Assembly (NCBI GenBank): GCA_044225365.1
Contig: JBGAIQ010000003.1
Location: forward strand, 64,001-128,000
Length of the DNA: 64,000 bases
Reading direction: 5' to 3'
DNA from: Planctomycetota bacterium
GTDB lineage: Bacteria > Planctomycetota > B15-G4 > JADJEK01
The stretch's first letter is position 1; each line of letters opens with the position of its first letter. Below the pieces are notes generated by a model. The model ran no database searches. It was not told where the DNA came from and was given only the letters and a program-made list of their open reading frames with translations. Positions 9,869-19,179 of the stretch are shown here, in pieces. The translations under genes and the position numbers were made by a program.

Positions 9869-10767
9869 GGCGCTTCAGCTCCGAAGCTTCCCCACCATTG
9901 TCCCAACGTCTGCCAGGCGCGCAGCCACGGTGACCGGATCCGGTCGAGAAGCGTGCCGCCGCCATTCGAGGCGCGGAGGTATCGATAGTCCTCGAGGACT
10001 TCGTACAGGGCGCCGCGCAAGAAAGAGAACAAGTTCGGCCGGACCGCGATCCCGTACTCTCGCCCCACATGGCGCGCGTCGTCGCGGTAACGGCGGAACG
10101 CCGCGAGCGCGGAATACTCGTGCGAGTGATGGACGACCGAACGCGGCTCGAAGCGAATGCGCCAGCCGGCCGCGAGGACCTTGGCCGCGAATGCCGCATC
10201 CTCGCCCATCATCGTCCGTGGGAACGGAAACGTGAGCAGGCACTCCCGTCGGATGAGCGACGCGACGTCGTCGAGCACGAGCAGCGCTCGCCGTTCGCGT
10301 GCGGGAAGCTCCAGGAACGGAGTCTTCGAGCATTCGATGCACCGCGGTTCGCTCGACGCCATTCCCGACGCGAGGACCGTGCGCCGCGCGAGCGCCGACG
10401 CGCCATCGCGAGGGAGAATACGCGCGGAGACGGCGGCGGTCCGATCGTCGTCCATCGCAGAAACGAGAGGGTCGAGGTAATCGCGTTCCGGCAGTGCGTC
10501 CTGGGACAGGAAAGCCACGAAGCGGGTGTTTGCGAGCTCGGCCATCCTCTGGCGCGTCGCACCGTGATCGAACTCGGCGCGAGGGATGACGTGGACCGAG
10601 AACCCTGCCGCGCGGGCGCGCTCGGCGCTCGCGTCATCGGAAGACGAATCGATCGCGATCTTCGCCGCCGGCGCGGGATCGAGCTCGGCGCAGCGTTGGA
10701 GCAACTCGTCGAGCAGCTCGCCGCCGTTCCAAGTCGGTACCGCCAGGGTGACGTCCACGATCCTCAT
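9865..10767 (-). CDS. Glycosyltransferase family 2 (rhamnosyltransferase-like)
   Basis: VPTWNGG, IDSSSDD, EFDHGATR, SQDALP, GEDAAFA, HSHEY; paralogous to the GT2 module of 7133-9868. Confidence 0.85.
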   Translation of the reverse strand: MRIVDVTLAVPTWNGGELLDELLQRCAELDPAPAAKIAIDSSSDDASAERARAAGFSVHVIPRAEFDHGATRQRMAELANTRFVAFLSQDALPERDYLDPLVSAMDDDRTAAVSARILPRDGASALARRTVLASGMASSEPRCIECSKTPFLELPARERRALLVLDDVASLIRRECLLTFPFPRTMMGEDAAFAAKVLAAGWRIRFEPRSVVHHSHEYSALAAFRRYRDDARHVGREYGIAVRPNLFSFLRGALYEVLEDYRYLRASNGGGTLLDRIRSPWLRAWQTLGQWWGSFGAEAP

Positions 10768-10824
10768 CTCGTCTGCACCGTTCGAAATCTCTCTTGCTCG
10801 CCCATCACGCGCCGGAACACCGCG

Positions 10825-11310
10825 TCACGTGTCGCTCAGTTCCTTCGGAACCGGATTGCGGCCGATCAAGCGACAGAACCCGTTCTTGATGCTGCGCAGG
10901 AATCTGCGATGCGGGCTGTACCACAGGCGATGCAGGTAGTCCTCGAGCCGTTTGATATGTCGCATCTTCAATGCCTCCTCGCGTTCGAGGTCGTCGATGC
11001 GGCGCCGCAGATCGAGTTCGACTTCCTTGCGGCCGGCGAGGTCTTCCTTCAGTTGGGCGATCTTCTTCAGGGCTTCGTCGAGGAGCTTCGGCGTCTCCTC
11101 GATCGACTTCAATTGCTTCTCGACGTGGGCGACCTGATCGCGCTGGGCGCGAATGACCTCGACCTGGTGATAGAGCTGCCCCATCAGGTGGTCGCTGTGA
11201 CGCTCGAGCACATGGACCTTTTCGATCAAACGCGCCTTCACGACGGCATCCTCGTTCGCATTCTCGGACGAACCCTTCGTCGCGGGTGGTGTGTCGTTGC
11301 GTTCCATCAT
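10825..11310 (-). CDS. Coiled-coil protein with a basic amphipathic C-terminus (161 aa)
   Basis: ATG 11310 overlaps the upstream stop (ATGA); heptad-like E/K/L/R-rich body; ends LHRLWYSPHRRFLRSIKNGFCRLIG. Confidence 0.7.
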   Translation of the reverse strand: MMERNDTPPATKGSSENANEDAVVKARLIEKVHVLERHSDHLMGQLYHQVEVIRAQRDQVAHVEKQLKSIEETPKLLDEALKKIAQLKEDLAGRKEVELDLRRRIDDLEREEALKMRHIKRLEDYLHRLWYSPHRRFLRSIKNGFCRLIGRNPVPKELSDT

Positions 11311-12677
11311 CTCCGTACCCCTTCGATTGCGTGTCGATGCGGCGCGGCCAGTCCCTCGTACATCCGTTCGAAGTATCTCGCGTTGTCCAGCAATGTGCGA
11401 ACGGAGGCGAACCGACCCGACATCCGAGCGACTTGCGCCCGGTCGTCGACGAGTTCCTGCATGACCCGCGCGAGGTCGTCGGCATTGCTCGGTTCGAAGA
11501 GCCGCCCCTCCTCGTGGTCGCGAACGATCTCGGCGATTCCATCGACCGCGGACGCCACGATCGGCACTCCCGCCGCCCGGCCCTCGAGCACGACGAACGG
11601 CGTGTTCTCGCTCCACAAGGAGGGCACGACGAGCACGTCGATGTCGCGCAGAGCGGTCGCGACGTGTTCGGGCCGCATGCGTCCGCGGATCCGCACGCGC
11701 GGGTCCTGCCGCGCCGCCACGAAGCAATCGTTCGAGTAGATCGGGAAGGGCATCGGATCGCCGTAGATGTCGAGCGAGCAGTCACCCTTCACCTTCAGGA
11801 ACGAGTCGACGAGGACGTGAAGGCCCTTCGGGCGATTGATGCTGCCGATGAAGCCGAACCTCAGCGTCGGCGAGCTGCCCTTGTCGAAAGCGTACGACGG
11901 CATCGGGTCGACGCCGTACGGCACTACGTCGAATCGGCCCTGTGGATAACCCGCTTTCACGAATCGATCGCGTACGGTCTTCGAGGGCGAGACGATCCGG
12001 TCGGCGTGGAGCAGGATCTGCTGCATGAACGCAGGACGGATCGCGAGCGATGCGAGCTGGGAGTAGGGACTCGACGACGCGAACCGCAACCCGTTGCCGA
12101 GCGTCGCGAACTCCGACCGTATCGGGACGAATCCCTCGCCGCGCGTGAATGCGAGCAGCTTGTCGAAGTCGACATCGCCAACGGAGAGACACTCGAGACA
12201 CGGGAACGCGTCGGGTCCGTCGCACTGCTCGAGCGTCCGCGTCTTCAGGAGTTGGGCCGTCGGACAGAGGAACCAGAAGTCCATCAGGTTGACGACGGTC
12301 GGGATCTCCCGCAGGAACGCTTCCTCGATCGTCGTGACGCCGAGGAACGCCGTATGAAAGATGTGTACGACGTCCGGCCGGACCTGGTCGAGGTAGGTGC
12401 CGAACGCCTTCCCGAGGAAGACGTTGTAGAACTTCGAAAGCGCGAAGTTGGGTTGCAGTCCGGGCCACGCCCACACTCGCGTCACCGGGACTCCGTCGTC
12501 GACGGTCTCCTCGCGCCGTACCAGCTGATCGCTGCCGTTGTAGCTCGGCTCGAACGTGAAGATGCGAACGTCGTGACCGAACGCCCCGCGCAGTCGCAGA
12601 GCTAGGCGCTTGGCGTACAGCTCCGTGCCCGTCGTGTAGTTCGGAGGGTATTGGTGCGTGACGAAGACGATCCTCAT
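11307..12677 (-). CDS. Glycosyltransferase family 4
   Basis: MRIVFVTHQYPP..TGTELY, FGFIGSINRPKG, PSLWSENTPFVVLEG. Confidence 0.9.
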   Translation of the reverse strand: MRIVFVTHQYPPNYTTGTELYAKRLALRLRGAFGHDVRIFTFEPSYNGSDQLVRREETVDDGVPVTRVWAWPGLQPNFALSKFYNVFLGKAFGTYLDQVRPDVVHIFHTAFLGVTTIEEAFLREIPTVVNLMDFWFLCPTAQLLKTRTLEQCDGPDAFPCLECLSVGDVDFDKLLAFTRGEGFVPIRSEFATLGNGLRFASSSPYSQLASLAIRPAFMQQILLHADRIVSPSKTVRDRFVKAGYPQGRFDVVPYGVDPMPSYAFDKGSSPTLRFGFIGSINRPKGLHVLVDSFLKVKGDCSLDIYGDPMPFPIYSNDCFVAARQDPRVRIRGRMRPEHVATALRDIDVLVVPSLWSENTPFVVLEGRAAGVPIVASAVDGIAEIVRDHEEGRLFEPSNADDLARVMQELVDDRAQVARMSGRFASVRTLLDNARYFERMYEGLAAPHRHAIEGVRR

Positions 12678-14002
12678 CGCGCCCCTCCAGCGTTCTCGAG
12701 CGCGCGATAGATCGACGCGAGCTCGGCCGCGTTGTCCTCCACGGTGCGAACGTGCTTCTTCGAGGTCGCAAGGCGCAGACGCAATGCGGCATCGTCTTGA
12801 ACGAGATTCATCTTGGCGGCGAGATCCACGACATCTCCAGGACGAAACGGCAGCGCCTCGTCACCGCGTACCATACCCTCTCGCATCGCGCCATGATCGG
12901 CGACGATCACGGGAACACCCGCGAGAAAGCCCTCGCGAAGGGTCAAGCAGAAGGCTTCGAACCAGAGCGACGGAACGACGAGGGCGTCGAGGGAAGCGAG
13001 GATCGACGGAACGGCTTCGAGCCCGTAACGCCCGAGGAAGGCGATGCGCTCGAACGCCGGCCGCGCAAGTTCGCGAAGACGCGCCTCGTATCCCGTCACT
13101 TCGTGCCAGCCGAGCATCTCGCCGTGGACATGCAATCTCGCATCCTTCCGGTCGTTGCGAACGAACGCCTCGACGAGCGTATGAACGCCCTTCGTCGGCA
13201 GGACCGATCCGATGTACCCGAACGTGAACGGACGATCCGCACCACGCGCAGAGGTCCCAGAGCCGCTCGCTCCGTTCGTTCGATCGAACGGTCGATGATC
13301 GAGTCCGTTCTCCACGACCCGTATCCTTTCGACCGGAACCCCCTGTCGACCAAAGATCTGCCGCGATGACTCGCTCGGGGTGATCAATCGATCGACGCGC
13401 AAGAGGACTCCCCGCATCCACTCGTGGTAGGAGCGCATCTGGGCGAGATCGTTCCGCGCACGTTCCGCGATGGGCACCGTGGGTCCATCGCGGCCCTCTC
13501 CGAACCATCCGCTCCACATCTTCGTGAGGCACGGGACGCAACGATTCAGGTCGATGTCGGCGCAGAGTTCGAGGTCCGGCGTCATCCGCTGTCCGCGGGG
13601 GCAGCCCATCCAGAAATCGTGGAGCGTCATCGCGACCGGGATCCCGCGTTCCTTCGCGGCGTCGACGAGATCGGTCGAGAGACAGGTCAGATGATGCACG
13701 TGGACGACGCTCGGTCGCCACTCCTCGAGTACCGCCGCGAATCGCGCGCGAATGTTCGGGTTCCGCACGATCCACGAGAAGTCCCGGCAGTCGGAGAACT
13801 TGTAGTCGAGTCGGAAGACCGGCACCCCGTCGTGAGTCGTCCGCTCGAGGGAGAATTCCTCGCGCGCCGGATCGGCTCCGCGGGTGAAGACCGCGACCTC
13901 GTGCCCCGCCGCCTGAAGCGCACGCGCGATCCCACGCACGTGCAGCTCGACGCCGCCGATGCTCTGCGGAAGATAGGCGGCCGTGACGAAGAGGATGCGC
14001 AA
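12674..14002 (-). CDS. Glycosyltransferase family 4
   Basis: MRILFVTAAYLPQSIGGVE, FGYIGSVLPTKG, PSLWFEAFCLTLREG; TTG start. Confidence 0.9.
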   Translation of the reverse strand: MRILFVTAAYLPQSIGGVELHVRGIARALQAAGHEVAVFTRGADPAREEFSLERTTHDGVPVFRLDYKFSDCRDFSWIVRNPNIRARFAAVLEEWRPSVVHVHHLTCLSTDLVDAAKERGIPVAMTLHDFWMGCPRGQRMTPDLELCADIDLNRCVPCLTKMWSGWFGEGRDGPTVPIAERARNDLAQMRSYHEWMRGVLLRVDRLITPSESSRQIFGRQGVPVERIRVVENGLDHRPFDRTNGASGSGTSARGADRPFTFGYIGSVLPTKGVHTLVEAFVRNDRKDARLHVHGEMLGWHEVTGYEARLRELARPAFERIAFLGRYGLEAVPSILASLDALVVPSLWFEAFCLTLREGFLAGVPVIVADHGAMREGMVRGDEALPFRPGDVVDLAAKMNLVQDDAALRLRLATSKKHVRTVEDNAAELASIYRALENAGGAR

Positions 14003-14095
14003 GAGTCGTCCCGAGGTCGTGTCTTGGACCCGGCAGTATAACTCGAAGACGGGCCGCGAGGGCGGCTTCGCGGCGGCGGGACGCGAATCTCGCGT

Positions 14096-15385
14096 TCAAA
14101 CGGCCCGGACGAGCGATTCGAAGAGGCTCTCCAAGGCCGCCGCATCGGACGCGATCGTCTTCACGGTCGGGATCGTCGCGACGAGTCGCGCGAGTTCCGT
14201 GCGGTCCCCTGCGAGTCGCGCGAGCACGGCGGCGAGCGACGCCGGGTTCCTCCGCTCGAAGGTCAGGCCGCCGCCCTCGGCGATCCGCTCCGCCATGCCC
14301 CCGAGCGCGGTCGCCACGACGGGCACGCCGCACTGCCACGCCTCGTGCATCGTGAGCGGCGAGTTCTCGTACCAGATCGAGGGCACGACGAGCACATCGA
14401 TCTCCGCGAGGAAAGCTCCCGCATCCTCGGGGGCGATCGCGCCTTCGAAGGCGATTCCGGGCACGATCTTCGCTCGCTCGAGCAGCGGGCGCGTGAACTC
14501 GGGGAACCAGCTCGGCTCGCCCTTGATGCGGAGGGTCGCCGTGCGAGCCGGCAGGCGGCAGAACGCTTCGACGAGGACGTCGACGCCCTTGTAGTCCGAG
14601 AGGGTCCCGAGATACCCGACCCGCAATGGCTCCCCCGCCGCTCGCTCGATTCGCCGCGTAGGCCGCGGTTCGACGAATCCGTAGTCGGAGACCAGGACTC
14701 GGTCCTCCGGCAATCCCTCCGCGATGAGCCGGCGGGCGAGAAAGCCCGAGGGAGCGATGAACTTGGCGATCGGACGCACGCCGTCGAACATGCGGCGCAG
14801 CCGCACTCGCGCCGCGCGTTCGAAGAACCGCAGCGGATCGGGCGGGATGCAGCCGCCGCCCTGGCCGGGCGGATCGGGGTAGCGCGAGCGCTCGATCGGG
14901 TAGGGCGCGAGGCAGCGCGCGCACTCGCGGAACGGAATCGATTCGCAGAGATGTCCCGTCGTGTCGAGGAGCAGCCCCGAGCGAGGACAGGCGAGGAAGT
15001 ATTCGTGCAGCGTCATCGCGATCGGGATCTGGCGCGCCGCGGCGGCGCGGACGAGCGAGAGGCCGAGGTAGACCAGCGACTGCACGTGGAGGACGTCGGG
15101 ACGAACCTCGTCGAGAACTTCGCCGATCGGCGCTTCCATCCGAGGATCGTCGTAGAGATCCTCGATATCATGGAAGTGGCGGTTGTAGACGATCTCGTGG
15201 AACGGCAGTCCGTCGTAGGTGCCGCGCGAGCGCGTGAACTGCTCCTGCTCGAGTCGCTTCTCGGTGAAGAGGACCGTCACGGCGTGGCCGCGGGCGGCGA
15301 GCGCCTTGCTCAGGTGGTAGGTGTAGATCTCCGAGCCGGCGCGATGGTCGGGCAGGAAGTCGTGGATCGCTTCGAGGATGCGCAA
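14096..15385 (-). CDS. Glycosyltransferase family 4
   Basis: MRILEAIHDFLPDHRAGSEIY, GYLGTLSDYKG, PSIWYENSPLTMHEA; TTG start. Confidence 0.9.
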   Translation of the reverse strand: MRILEAIHDFLPDHRAGSEIYTYHLSKALAARGHAVTVLFTEKRLEQEQFTRSRGTYDGLPFHEIVYNRHFHDIEDLYDDPRMEAPIGEVLDEVRPDVLHVQSLVYLGLSLVRAAAARQIPIAMTLHEYFLACPRSGLLLDTTGHLCESIPFRECARCLAPYPIERSRYPDPPGQGGGCIPPDPLRFFERAARVRLRRMFDGVRPIAKFIAPSGFLARRLIAEGLPEDRVLVSDYGFVEPRPTRRIERAAGEPLRVGYLGTLSDYKGVDVLVEAFCRLPARTATLRIKGEPSWFPEFTRPLLERAKIVPGIAFEGAIAPEDAGAFLAEIDVLVVPSIWYENSPLTMHEAWQCGVPVVATALGGMAERIAEGGGLTFERRNPASLAAVLARLAGDRTELARLVATIPTVKTIASDAAALESLFESLVRAV

Positions 15386-15407
15386 GGTGGCGGCGCTTGA
15401 TCTTCAG

Positions 15408-16814
15408 ATGACCAGGGACGAGACCGGAAAACGGGTGGAGCGTACCATCCGTGCGGTGGAGTCGTTCCTCGCGAAGGGACGACACCTCGCGCTCGGACTC
15501 GGAATGCTCCTGATCAGCGTGTTCCTCGCGCGGTTCCATGTCGCGGTCGTGGAGACGTACTTCTACGCGTTCGCGTGGTATTCGCTCCTGCTCGTGCTCG
15601 ACGCGTGGCTGCTCCTGCGCATTGGCGTGTCGCTCATCCTCCATCGTCCCCTCGCGCTGCTCTCCCTCCTCGCGTGGTCGGTGCCTTTCTGGCTCCTATT
15701 CGAAGCGATGAACCTGCGGATCGAGAACTGGTACTACGTCAACGTGCCGGCCGGGACGATCGCGGCGCGATTGTTCATGATCGTGAGCTTCGCGACGGTG
15801 TTGCCCGGCATCGTCTACATCTATCTCCTGCTCGACTCGACGCGCTGGTTGTGGGACTTCCACACGAAGAAGTTCCGTTGCGGCGTACGCGGACGGCGCG
15901 TGCTGTTCGCCTGCGGGATCGCCTGCGCGACAATGCCGCTGCTCGCGCCCAACTACGCCTATCCACTCGTGTGGTGCTTCGTGCCGCTCCTACTCGAACC
16001 GCTCAATCGACGGCCGCGCTGGAGTTCGCTCCTTCGCGAGTTCGAATTCGGCTGGCCACGGCGCACCATTTTGCTGCTCGTCGCGGGGATGCTGGCGGGC
16101 GCGTACTGGGAATTGATGAACGTCCCCGCGACCACGAAGTGGATCTACACCGTTCCCTTCTTCGATCGCACGCTGAACGTCGAGATGCCCTTGCTCGGTT
16201 TCCTCGGCTTTGCGCCCTTCGCGCTCTCGGCCTACTCGTTCCTGCGCTTCCTCGAATCGCGCGGACTCTCCGTCCCCTTCGAGCCGATCGCGGAGCGAGC
16301 GCCGGTCCTCGCCCGCATGCCGACCTCGGTCCGCGTCTTCCTACTCCCCGCGCTCGTCGCGTTCCTCAGCTTCGCCGTCGTGCCGTGGATGGAGCGCGAG
16401 ACGATCGATTCGCGCGTGAGCCTCGTGCGACATCTCAAGAACGCGTCGCGCCGCGATCGCGCGATCCTCTCCCTCGCCGGACTCGATCGACTCGGCCCGT
16501 TCCTCGACAAGGCGAAGAGCAAGGAAGGCCGCGAGGAGATCGCGAAGATCCTCGTCGCCACCGGCACCCACGTCGACGCGATCATCAGCGAAGCCAAGCT
16601 CGCGAAGTTGCGCGGGATCGGCGCCGCGAACGCGCGCTTGCTGATGGACGTCGGCGTGACGAACGTCGCGGCCCTCGCGGACCGCGACCCGAATCAGCTC
16701 TACACCGCGCTGCGCGCGCTCGGCTCGTCGGCTTCGAGCGTGAAGCCGCAGCGCGTCCGCGAATGGGTCCGCGGCGCGCGCGACGAACTCGTCGTCTTGA
16801 GCCCGTCGCGCTGA
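15408..16814 (+). CDS. Multi-pass membrane protein with C-terminal helix-hairpin-helix (DUF4332-like) domain
   Basis: About 8-9 hydrophobic segments with a duplicated W-x(2-3)-E-x-M-N...W-x-Y-x-x-P motif; C-terminal LAKLRGIGAANARLLMDVGVTNVAALA. Start uncertain (15378-15456). Confidence 0.7.
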   Translation: MTRDETGKRVERTIRAVESFLAKGRHLALGLGMLLISVFLARFHVAVVETYFYAFAWYSLLLVLDAWLLLRIGVSLILHRPLALLSLLAWSVPFWLLFEAMNLRIENWYYVNVPAGTIAARLFMIVSFATVLPGIVYIYLLLDSTRWLWDFHTKKFRCGVRGRRVLFACGIACATMPLLAPNYAYPLVWCFVPLLLEPLNRRPRWSSLLREFEFGWPRRTILLLVAGMLAGAYWELMNVPATTKWIYTVPFFDRTLNVEMPLLGFLGFAPFALSAYSFLRFLESRGLSVPFEPIAERAPVLARMPTSVRVFLLPALVAFLSFAVVPWMERETIDSRVSLVRHLKNASRRDRAILSLAGLDRLGPFLDKAKSKEGREEIAKILVATGTHVDAIISEAKLAKLRGIGAANARLLMDVGVTNVAALADRDPNQLYTALRALGSSASSVKPQRVREWVRGARDELVVLSPSR

Positions 16815-16821
16815 ACGCTCG

Positions 16822-17607
16822 TCACTTCGCGGGCGAGAAGTCGAGCTTGCGCACCCAGATGTTGCGGTAGCGGACGGGACAGCCGTGGTCCTGGAGGCCG
16901 AGCGGCTCGTTCAGCGAGTGCGGGATCCACTTCGCGACGCCCGCGTGCTGCACCGGGCCGATGAGCGTGTCGTCGTGATGGACGAGGACGCCGTTGTGGA
17001 ACACCGTCATGCGCGGCGGGGAGACGAGCTTGTCGCCGTCGAAGCGCGGCGCGACGAACACGATGTCGTAGCTCTGCCACTCGCCCGGCTTGCGCGACGA
17101 ATTCACGAGCGGCGGATACTGGCCGTAGATCGCCGCGGCCTGGCCGTCGGCGTACGTCACGTTCTCGTACGAGTCGAGGACCTGCAGCTCGTAGTGGTTC
17201 ATCAGGAACACGCCGCTGTTGCCGCGCTCCTGCGATTCACCCTTCGCAACGGGCGGCGTCGCCCATTCGATGTGGAGCTGGCAGTCGCCGAACTTCTCCT
17301 TGGTGCGGATCGTGCCCGTGCCGTTCACTTCCATCGCGCCGTCGACGAGCTGCCACTTCGCGGGGGCGTTGCCGCCGTCGTTCTCCCATCCCTCGAGCGA
17401 CTTCGGCGAGCCGTCGAACAACACGATCGCGTCCGAAGGCGGCGCCGACGCGTTCCCCGGCGTGACGACGACCGGATTCGGCCGCGCCTTGTCGTGGACG
17501 CGCCACTTCTGACCGGGGATCACGGGGGTGTTGTCGTATCCCGGATGATCGGCGAAGGCGACCGCAAGCGCGGCGGGGACGAGGAGGGAGAGGGCGCGGA
17601 TGAGCAT
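16822..17607 (-). CDS. DUF1080 (3-keto-disaccharide hydrolase family) secreted protein
   Basis: Signal peptide, PPSDAIVLFDG, FGDCQLHIEW, GNSGVF, YELQVLDS, GEWQSYDI, LQDHG, YRNIW. Confidence 0.88.
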   Translation of the reverse strand: MLIRALSLLVPAALAVAFADHPGYDNTPVIPGQKWRVHDKARPNPVVVTPGNASAPPSDAIVLFDGSPKSLEGWENDGGNAPAKWQLVDGAMEVNGTGTIRTKEKFGDCQLHIEWATPPVAKGESQERGNSGVFLMNHYELQVLDSYENVTYADGQAAAIYGQYPPLVNSSRKPGEWQSYDIVFVAPRFDGDKLVSPPRMTVFHNGVLVHHDDTLIGPVQHAGVAKWIPHSLNEPLGLQDHGCPVRYRNIWVRKLDFSPAK

Positions 17608-17760
17608 GAGGTCTCCAGGGAGTTTCATTCGTCTGGGGTCGAACCGGCGCCCCATCGTAGGGATCGAGAATCGGATTGCGAACGCGAGTGTGGGAGCGGA
17701 CCGCCGGGCTCTGCCCGGCATCGATTCGAAGAGCCGGGCGGAGCCCGGCGATCCACGGAC

Positions 17761-19179
17761 TCACCCCCGCAGCGCGCGCTCCAATTCCGCGACGCGCGCC
17801 CTCAGCTCCGCGACGACGTCTTCCCACTTCTCGATGCGAACGAGTTCCTGGAACAACTCCTCGCGGCGGCGCCATTCCTCGAGCAAGCGCGGGTCCGAGT
17901 GATCGGCGACGGCGCTCGCGGGCGAAGGCGGCGCGCCCTCTTCGATCACGCGCGCGTACACCGCTTCCACTCGCTCGGCGTGTTCGGAGAACTCACCGCA
18001 CGCGGGCCCCGGCGCTTCGCGCATGCGCTGGAGCCGCGAGGGCTCACCCGCCAGTAGATCGATCTTCGCCGCGAGGTCCCTTGCGTCGTTCCTCGTGAAG
18101 AGCAGCATTCGCCCCGTCGCGCGCTCCGCGAGGGCGCCCGCATCGGCGGCGAGGATCGGCACGCCGAGGTCCGTAGCTTCGTCGAGGATGAACGACCACG
18201 ACTCGCGGCAAAGAGTCGGCAACACCGCGACGTCGATGATCTCGTCCTGCAACGCCTCGCGTTCGTATCGCCCGTGAAATCGCACGACGATGCCCTCGGT
18301 GAGCGCGCGGAGCTTCTGCTCGTACTCCGCGTCCACCGCGGCGCCGTAGAGATCGACTTCGATCCGCGCGCGCGATGCGGCCCGTCGCACGGCTTCCAGC
18401 AACAGATGCTGGCCCTTCAAGGGTTGGAGATGACTGAAGCACGCGAGACGCAGTTTGCCGTCGGCACTGGCGTGGGGCGTTCTCTCGAACCGGGGTGCGA
18501 GACGTCCATGTGGCATCGCTTCGATCGGCGAAGTCCTCGGATCGAGCTCGAGCATGCGCGCAAGGAACTCGCCGTGTCCGCGGCTCGGCGCGAGGCGCGC
18601 GCGCGCGAGGCTCATCTCGGCGCGCATGTCGGCGCGATAGGAAAGAAGGCGGCGAGCGACGCTCTCGTCGCGATCGAATCGCCAGCGCGGGACGCACGGC
18701 GTGCAGTCCGCGCTCGCGAGCGGGACCTCGCAGGCCTCGTCGCCGTTCGCGCCTTTGAGACGAAACACGCGCGGGCAGCTCGGGAACAGATCGTGCGCCG
18801 TCACGACGGCGGGAACGCCCGCGCGCGCGGCGATGCGCACGAGATCGGTCGAGAGCCTGATCCAATGATGCACGTGAACGACGTCGGGCCTCGCTTCCGC
18901 GAGGAATGCCTCGAACGCGGCCGACACCTCGGGGTGGTAGCCCTTGTCCCACCGATCGAAGTAGAGATCGCTGCGATGCACCCGGCGCACGGCGACACCA
19001 TCGTGCTCGGAATCGACGATCGTGAACGCGGGTTTCCACTGCGTCGATCCGCAGAAGACGCGAACGCTCGCCCCGCTCTCCCGTTGCGCGCGCGCGAGTC
19101 GCTCGACGTAGAGCTCCGTCCCGCCGATCACCTCGGGCGGATAGCCGTGAACTACGTGGACGATGCGGCGTGCGCTCAC
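17761..19179 (-). CDS. Glycosyltransferase family 4 with C-terminal coiled coil
   Basis: GTG 19179 overlaps the upstream stop; IVHVVHGYPPEVIGGTELY, PLKGQH, ESWSFILDEA; tail ...WEDVVAELRARVAELERAL. Confidence 0.87.
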   Translation of the reverse strand: MSARRIVHVVHGYPPEVIGGTELYVERLARAQRESGASVRVFCGSTQWKPAFTIVDSEHDGVAVRRVHRSDLYFDRWDKGYHPEVSAAFEAFLAEARPDVVHVHHWIRLSTDLVRIAARAGVPAVVTAHDLFPSCPRVFRLKGANGDEACEVPLASADCTPCVPRWRFDRDESVARRLLSYRADMRAEMSLARARLAPSRGHGEFLARMLELDPRTSPIEAMPHGRLAPRFERTPHASADGKLRLACFSHLQPLKGQHLLLEAVRRAASRARIEVDLYGAAVDAEYEQKLRALTEGIVVRFHGRYEREALQDEIIDVAVLPTLCRESWSFILDEATDLGVPILAADAGALAERATGRMLLFTRNDARDLAAKIDLLAGEPSRLQRMREAPGPACGEFSEHAERVEAVYARVIEEGAPPSPASAVADHSDPRLLEEWRRREELFQELVRIEKWEDVVAELRARVAELERALRG

